Translations under genes and position numbers: made by a program
In this document: one piece after another, positions 57,128 through 64,000 of the stretch
How positions within the stretch are numbered: position 1 is the first letter of the stretch
How the letters are laid out: every line of letters starts with the position of its first letter
Assembly (NCBI GenBank): GCA_963677925.2
Contig: CAXXYH010000004.1
Span: forward strand, 64,001-128,000
Source of the DNA: Spirochaetia bacterium
Lineage (GTDB): Bacteria; Spirochaetota; Spirochaetia; UBA9216
DNA length: 64,000 bases
Reading direction: 5' to 3'
The notes under the pieces: model-generated
What the model was told of the DNA's origin: nothing
The model's input: only the letters and a program-made list of their open reading frames with translations
Database searches by the model: none

Positions 57128-58822
57128 TTAGAAGTCACTATTAATCAGTTTTTTACATTCAGAATGGACATTCTCAACCGGAACACGCCATGTCTTCCGG
57201 GTTTTTCTTTCATAAAACTCTGCATTTCCGTCCTCAAGACTCTTTGTTGAGATAACAATCCTGTATGGAATTCCAAGCAGATCAAAATCCTTAAACTTAA
57301 CACCTATGGATTCATGACGGTCGTCAAACAGAACCATTGACCCGAGATCCTCGGCTAGTGAATCAACAACCTTTTTAACCCTGAGAGATTTCCCGATCCC
57401 CATAAGGTAGAAGCAGTATGGAGTAAGTTCCATCGGCCAGATAATTCCCTGCTCATCATGGTTTGCCTCTACCACAGCGGCCATAAGCCGGCCAAGGCCT
57501 ATACCGTAGGAACCCATGTGCGGATAGCCTACTCCGCCGTTTTCTTCAGTAAAGGACAGGCCAATTGATTTTGAGTAAAAATCACCCAGTTTGAAAACAT
57601 TCCCGACTTCAAGCGCGGCAAACTCTTTCATCGGGGTTTCACACTGAGTGCAGAGATCCTTTGCGTGAATACTTACAATATCACCTATCAGTTCACTTTC
57701 AAAATCACGCCCGAAATTGGCATTTACTATATGTTTGCCGGGTTTATCTGCACCTACAACAAGATTAGCGGACTGGGCTACAAGATCATCAACAACATGC
57801 CGGAATCCGGTAATCTCGGCGGACGGAAATAAAAACCCGGGCTGCAGTCCGAAAGAGGCAACCTCATCCTGAGTGGCCGGGCCGATGACAGGTTCTTCCA
57901 GAAACCTGGAGAGCTTTTCATTGCTGATTTCATAATCAGCTCTGTAGGTTACAAGAACCCAGTCTTTCAGGGTTTTGTACAGGGAAGTGACAGCTATCCG
58001 CGGCAGGGGGATTTTTAAGGCCCTGGCCAGATCATGTACCCCGGCATACTGGGGTGAATTGATTTCACTGGACATCACAGGAATTTCATTGATGATTGAT
58101 TTCTTGCCGACTGCTATATCACGATTAGCAGTGTATCCGCATGACGGACAGGTAATTACACGAGCGTCACCTATTTCACTCGGCATAAGAAATTCATAGG
58201 CCCTGTCCCCTGAAAGAGAACCGACTGCAGATTCCGCCGTAACAAAGGGCACCTGACATCGCTCAAAAATCTTTTCGTAGGCTTTAAAAACTTTCGGAAA
58301 AAAGATATTGAGATCAACATAGGACCGGTGGAAGGAATAGGCATCGTTCATAACAAATTCTTTTGCCCTGAACAGTCCGTTCTTAACTTTTTCTTCATCC
58401 CTGTACTTAGTCTGGAACTGATAAAGAAATCTGGGGACATCACGATAGCTATTAATGGCCATTCGTGCAATCTGGGTGATAGGTTCAAGATGACTTGTTG
58501 AAAGTACTAGATTATGTCCTGTGCGGTCTGAAAACCTGATAAGCTCACGGCCTATAAGCTGGTCTCTTCCTGTTTTCTTCCAGAGATTCTGCGGGACCAC
58601 AAGCGGAAGTTCAATTTCCTGACCGCCTAAATTCTCAAGTTCTTCACGAATTACGCCCTTAAGCTTGTCCATAACCCTCATTCCAAGCGGCATCATGGCA
58701 AAAAGACCGGGTCCGACCGATCTTATGTACCCGCCCCTGTGGAGAAGGGAAAAACTTGCAGCCTTTGCCTTGCCGGAGCTGTGTCTGAGAGTGTTATTAC
58801 CAAAGAGACTTGAATATTTCAT
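57128..58822 (-). CDS. Proline--tRNA ligase-like protein (bacterial type, divergent)
   Basis: Class II motifs PLGMRV, YQFQTKYRDE...EFVMNDAYSFH, EVGNVFKLG, MGSYGIGLGRLMAA; INS domain; anticodon domain DDR..S.GVKFKDFDLLGIP; several non-canonical active-site residues. Confidence 0.85.
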   Translation of the reverse strand: MKYSSLFGNNTLRHSSGKAKAASFSLLHRGGYIRSVGPGLFAMMPLGMRVMDKLKGVIREELENLGGQEIELPLVVPQNLWKKTGRDQLIGRELIRFSDRTGHNLVLSTSHLEPITQIARMAINSYRDVPRFLYQFQTKYRDEEKVKNGLFRAKEFVMNDAYSFHRSYVDLNIFFPKVFKAYEKIFERCQVPFVTAESAVGSLSGDRAYEFLMPSEIGDARVITCPSCGYTANRDIAVGKKSIINEIPVMSSEINSPQYAGVHDLARALKIPLPRIAVTSLYKTLKDWVLVTYRADYEISNEKLSRFLEEPVIGPATQDEVASFGLQPGFLFPSAEITGFRHVVDDLVAQSANLVVGADKPGKHIVNANFGRDFESELIGDIVSIHAKDLCTQCETPMKEFAALEVGNVFKLGDFYSKSIGLSFTEENGGVGYPHMGSYGIGLGRLMAAVVEANHDEQGIIWPMELTPYCFYLMGIGKSLRVKKVVDSLAEDLGSMVLFDDRHESIGVKFKDFDLLGIPYRIVISTKSLEDGNAEFYERKTRKTWRVPVENVHSECKKLINSDF

Positions 58823-58969
58823 AGCTTTATTAATTCTAATATAAAATCAGCGGAAATACAGCAATTTTCTCATGAAGTGTAGAAAGAACAGGCTCAAAGC
58901 TTGACATTTGTCCTTATTATCAGGATCCTTACAATATAAATGAACTAAGGAATATTTTTTAAGGAGTGA

Positions 58970-60268
<1,299 letters not shown>

Positions 60269-60326
60269 CGAAATAAAACTTCGTTTTGTTTCAGGATTTT
60301 TTGATGAATAAAAATCCACAGCAAAC

Positions 60327-60360
60327 AAAAGCCGCATCCTTCACGGATAGCGGCTTTTTT
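60327..60360. terminator. Terminator between the convergent eno and MCP genes
   Basis: AAAAGCCGC-ATCC-TTCAC-GGAT-A-GCGGCTTTTTT. Confidence 0.85.
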
Positions 60361-60384
60361 ATTATATACTGAATAAGAGCCTGT

Positions 60385-62598
60385 TCAGGTTTCCTCAGTC
60401 TTATCAGTTTTAAACTGTCCGAAATTATCTTTCAGTTCTTCAACTATATCACCCAGCTCCTGTGAGAAATCCACCATCTGCTGCATTGCCCTGACAATTT
60501 CACGCGCTCCTGTGTTTGATTCGGCCATACCGGTTGAAACCCTGGACGAAACTTCCTTTATCTGCATTGAACTGTTCTGCATCAGCGATGTTCCGGATTT
60601 TATTTCAGCGGATCCGCTTCTGATGGACAGAGTAACTTCGTTAATCTGGTTGGTTGATTCAAGGATCTGCTGACCGCCGATGTTAAGCTCACTCACCGAC
60701 TGCTCTATTTCCGAGAAGGCATTTACAGTATCATCAACTTCTGCAGATATCCTGTCAAATGCCTGAGTAGTTTCAGCAACATTTTTATCTGTTTCAAGCA
60801 CTGAACTGGTTATATCCTTGATACTCTTGGAAATAGCCTTCGCAGAATTTCCAGCAGAATCTGCAAGCTTCCTGATTTCCTCTGCAACTACTGCAAAACC
60901 CTTTCCGGAATCTCCGGCATGCGCAGCCTCTATGGCAGCATTCATTGAAAGCAGATTAGTCTGTGCAGCAATCCCATTAATTGCGGAAGCCATCTCCTGA
61001 ATTTGATTGATATGCTCGACTACACTTTTAAATGCGGAAGCCGTCTCTTCAATCTTAGTCCTTCCATCCGATGCCACAGCAGCCAGGGCTACGGTAGTCT
61101 GTTTCTTATTCTGTGCTACATGATTAACACTGCCAAGAGAGGCCATCATCTGGGTGATGGCTGCAGTAGACTGCTCAACCATTGAAGACTGACTGATTAT
61201 CTGCTCATCGACTGATGATATATTTCTGGTAACCTGCTCAATAGCAGCAACCGTCTCATTGATATTATTATCAAGAATATCTATCTGCCCGCTTATTGAT
61301 TCAAGATTTGCACTGATTTCTTCGATAGCTGTAGAGGTTTCTTCCGCGGAAGCTACTACATTCTGTTTAATCAGGAAGGTATTTCCTATTACCCCCTTTA
61401 AATCATTCATCAAAGTACATAGTTTAAGAACAAATTCGTTGAAGTTTTTCGCCATTCCCCCTATTTCATCCTTTGTCAGAACAGGCATCTCAACTGTTAG
61501 ATCTGCATCAGCTGCAGCAAGATTTGCAAGATTACTGCCCATCTCAATAAGCGGCTTAATCATCAGTCTTGAGTAGATAAGATAAACTACAATCTGCAGA
61601 ATCAGCAGACCTGCTATAAATGCAAGAATAGGCGGTAAAACGGAACCGGTTACAATTTTTGTAATCTCACTGATCGGGGTTGATATAAACAGACCCCATC
61701 TTGTTCCCGGAATTTGAAATGAATTAATCAAAGACTTTCCGAAAGGCGTCGTTCCCTGAAAGAAATAACTGAAATCAGTTGAAACATGATTAACAAATTC
61801 GGCAATGTCAGCTTCTTTAAAGCCGAGAATCACCGCAATAGATTCCAGTGTAAGCATGTTTTCAGGATCAAAAAAATATTCTTCCTCACCGTTAGGATTC
61901 CAGATAAAGAAACCTCCGACCCTGTCGTAGATGCCAATCGTCTTTCCGGTTGATTCCATCACAGTTTTTAGTATTCTTATGATAGGATCCAGCTGATAAT
62001 TAAGCGCAAGAATCCCTGCTGCGTTTCCTGATTCATCTGTCACACCCAGAGCGACGGTTATTACAATTTTCGGGGCAGCTCCCTGTTCAGCCGAAACCCT
62101 TGGCTGGCTGATAAACGGTTCACCCGGGTAGGCAAGCGCGCCATCATAGTAGTCCCGCTTTCTGACATCAAAGCCTTCGCCTATCTGCACATCACGCCCG
62201 AGAAGAATTCCTGTTGTCTTAGTACCTGAAGCGAACACCAGATCAATATCAGTCCACTTAATTGCATATTCCATTCGCTTACTTAGCTCTGCCGCACCCT
62301 CTAATTCTATAAAATCATCATTATCAAGACCATCAGGGACCTGATCCAGCCTTTTTAGAACCTCAGCTGTCTCAGGATCAGCCGCAAGATTCCGCAGAAG
62401 CTCAAAACTTTTAATCATCTCGGACTTTACTTCCATTGCTGAGGATATCCCTTCCGCAAGTAGAAGCTCTTTTTCCTTATCGCCGAAACTGTTAGCCTGA
62501 ATAATATACATAAAAACGGAGAATATTCCCGCCACAAGCAAAGGCAGTACGATAGATAATACAATAATATTCTGTTTAACCGATCTTTTGCTCATCAA
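60385..62598 (-). CDS. Methyl-accepting chemotaxis protein (Cache-like sensor, HAMP)
   Basis: 2 TM helices; FDVRKRDYY; [11 protein letters not shown]; [37 protein letters not shown]. Confidence 0.95.
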   Translation of the reverse strand: MMSKRSVKQNIIVLSIVLPLLVAGIFSVFMYIIQANSFGDKEKELLLAEGISSAMEVKSEMIKSFELLRNLAADPETAEVLKRLDQVPDGLDNDDFIELEGAAELSKRMEYAIKWTDIDLVFASGTKTTGILLGRDVQIGEGFDVRKRDYYDGALAYPGEPFISQPRVSAEQGAAPKIVITVALGVTDESGNAAGILALNYQLDPIIRILKTVMESTGKTIGIYDRVGGFFIWNPNGEEEYFFDPENMLTLESIAVILGFKEADIAEFVNHVSTDFSYFFQGTTPFGKSLINSFQIPGTRWGLFISTPISEITKIVTGSVLPPILAFIAGLLILQIVVYLIYSRLMIKPLIEMGSNLANLAAADADLTVEMPVLTKDEIGGMAKNFNEFVLKLCTLMNDLKGVIGNTFLIKQNVVASAEETSTAIEEISANLESISGQIDILDNNINETVAAIEQVTRNISSVDEQIISQSSMVEQSTAAITQMMASLGSVNHVAQNKKQTTVALAAVASDGRTKIEETASAFKSVVEHINQIQEMASAINGIAAQTNLLSMNAAIEAAHAGDSGKGFAVVAEEIRKLADSAGNSAKAISKSIKDITSSVLETDKNVAETTQAFDRISAEVDDTVNAFSEIEQSVSELNIGGQQILESTNQINEVTLSIRSGSAEIKSGTSLMQNSSMQIKEVSSRVSTGMAESNTGAREIVRAMQQMVDFSQELGDIVEELKDNFGQFKTDKTEET

Positions 62599-62716
62599 AA
62601 AAGATCTCCTTATAATTATATCTACTTATATTTTAGGAATTGAATGGGGCGAATACAAATAATTAGGTAACTTTTTTACTTATAATTAAATAACAAAAAA
62701 GAATTTAAATATGGAA

Positions 62717-63004
62717 TCAGTAATCAATAGTGAATCTAAGGTAGGTTTCTAAAGGAGTTTTAGTGATTTTTGTGATACCGGTTATATAAGACATCGACGG
62801 CCCGCCTTTCTCAAGCCATTTGAGAAAAGAAGCCGTTTTTTCAGACAGACCTTCAAAGTACAGGCTCACCGAACCATCCGGCTCATTTCGGACCCATCCG
62901 GTCAGTCCAAGACGTGAAGCCTCTCTCTGTGCAGAGTATCTGAATCCGACCCCCTGCACACGTCCGGTTATATTCAGTCTGTATGCTCTGAGTTTTCCGT
63001 CCAT
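62717..63004 (-). CDS. acyP: Acylphosphatase
   Basis: ITGRVQGVGFR, LTGWVRNEPDGSV. Confidence 0.93.
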   Translation of the reverse strand: MDGKLRAYRLNITGRVQGVGFRYSAQREASRLGLTGWVRNEPDGSVSLYFEGLSEKTASFLKWLEKGGPSMSYITGITKITKTPLETYLRFTIDY

Positions 63005-63657
63005 TCTATACCTGTATCCTCAATGTATTTTTTAATTTCCCGGTAGGAAAACCCTCTGCGGCCAAGATGATTTGTCAGCTTCTCCCGGGTGACGCCGCTG
63101 CGTCTGAGGTACTTTTCCGCGGCTCTTGCCAGTGCATCGGCAGCTGAAGCTTCAGAATAATATATTCCGGCAACCTCTTCTGCAAGATTCCGGTCAACGC
63201 CTTTTGAAACCAGTCCGCCTATCAGGCTGCCTAAACCTTCGGGATGCCTTCGAAGCCTTGATTCAACCCAGGCATGAGCAAAGCGCCTGTCATCGGCAGA
63301 ACCTTCAGCTTCAAGCTCTGACACAGCAATATTTGCTGTCTGCTGCTCAAAGCCTTTCTGACGAAGCTTAAGGACCAGCTCCGCGACACTATGCTCTCTT
63401 CTGGCAAGGAATTCGAGAGCTTTCTGCTTTGCAGTCAACTTTTCCGAATATGTTTTTAGTTCTTCAACCTCTGCAGCACTCAGACTGTCCCCGAAGGCCA
63501 GGCCAAAATGCTTTATAACTCCGGGATGAATAAAAAAAGAGGAGCCGTCTGAAAAGCCGATTTGTACGGCTTTTCCGATAGCTCCTCTCTCGATACTCGA
63601 AACAGTGAGTTTAACGCTTTGAGAACTGGAATTTTCTTCTTGCGCCTCTCTGGCCAT
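62974..63657 (-). CDS. recX: Regulatory protein RecX; start uncertain, likely inside rpsI
   Basis: [47 protein letters not shown]; N-terminal FSDGSSFFI segment. Confidence 0.85.
   Translation of the reverse strand: MAREAQEENSSSQSVKLTVSSIERGAIGKAVQIGFSDGSSFFIHPGVIKHFGLAFGDSLSAAEVEELKTYSEKLTAKQKALEFLARREHSVAELVLKLRQKGFEQQTANIAVSELEAEGSADDRRFAHAWVESRLRRHPEGLGSLIGGLVSKGVDRNLAEEVAGIYYSEASAADALARAAEKYLRRSGVTREKLTNHLGRRGFSYREIKKYIEDTGIEWTENSEHTD
63532..63588 (-). terminator. Long intrinsic terminator of rpsI, lying inside the recX frame
   Basis: 22-bp stem (20 pairs including one G-U) AGAGGAGCUAUCGGAAAAGCCG / CGGCUUUUCAGACGGCUCCUCU followed by a U-run, 22 nt after the rpsI stop. Confidence 0.8.
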
Positions 63658-64000
63658 ATTTCTTTCTTTCAACCATTCTCGGGTCTCGAGTAAGGAATCC
63701 GTTAGACTTCAGTGCTGATGTGTTTGAAGCATCTACAGACTGAAGGGCTCTTGCAAGTCCGTGTCTGCATGCACCGGCCTGTCCGGTTACTCCGCCGCCT
63801 CTAACTGTTATTACTATATCATACTTTGTAAGACTGTCAGTAACATCGAGGGGCTGTTTTACGATAAATACATTGATAGGATTTGAAAAATAGGTTTCAA
63901 CATCCTTACCGTTTACAGTTATTTTTCCGCTGCCGCTTCTGAGATAAACTCTGGCAACTGAAGTCTTTCTTCTACCTGTACCTAAAGCAAGATTTTCTGC
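63611..64000 (-). CDS. rpsI: 30S ribosomal protein S9; start codon just outside the window
   Basis: Not in the ORF track. Manual translation: [31 protein letters not shown]...[21 protein letters not shown]...[27 protein letters not shown]. Confidence 0.97.
   Translation of the reverse strand, partial: AENLALGTGRRKTSVARVYLRSGSGKITVNGKDVETYFSNPINVFIVKQPLDVTDSLTKYDIVITVRGGGVTGQAGACRHGLARALQSVDASNTSALKSNGFLTRDPRMVERKKYGQRGARRKFQFSKR

Noticed and set aside
58901-58935. TTGACA and TACAAT upstream of eno as a consensus sigma70 promoter
   Set aside because: The two hexamers are 23 bp apart, too far for one promoter, so no confident call was made.

Overview
This is 64 kb of densely coding, mostly core chromosome from a spirochaete, probably a free-living Spirochaetia member. 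Evidence for that: a FlcA-type flagellar collar protein, spirochaete-style lipoproteins and a spirochaete-type RecX next to rpsI. From left to right the window holds: a LacI-controlled rare-ketose catabolic operon (3-epimerase, PfkB kinase, GatZ/KbaZ family, Fe-S flavoenzyme, sugar ABC ATPase); MFS/ArsR; FMN-binding and 4Fe-4S membrane proteins; a MalT-like LuxR module with a perfect 20-bp operator; SDR/LysR; a cluster of small TRL-like lipoproteins with a small beta-barrel; gpx/OhrR-like; a GGDEF protein; azlCD; ychJ; a GntR-SPFH-ABC-LolA-like-beta-barrel envelope operon; a probable pseudokinase; a sigma54 three-gene module with visible promoter and enhancer sites; ssb; ilvE; flcA; an opp locus split by an inverted lipoprotein gene; a divergent ProRS-like protein; eno; an MCP; acyP; recX; rpsI. 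I found no rRNA, tRNA, CRISPR array, transposase, integrase or phage genes by eye. The most notable items are the ProRS-like protein with an altered amino-acid pocket, the rpsI terminator lying inside the recX coding sequence, the MalT-like module, the ketose operon with an atypical OYE, and two envelope gene clusters. All product calls come from motif recognition, not database searches.
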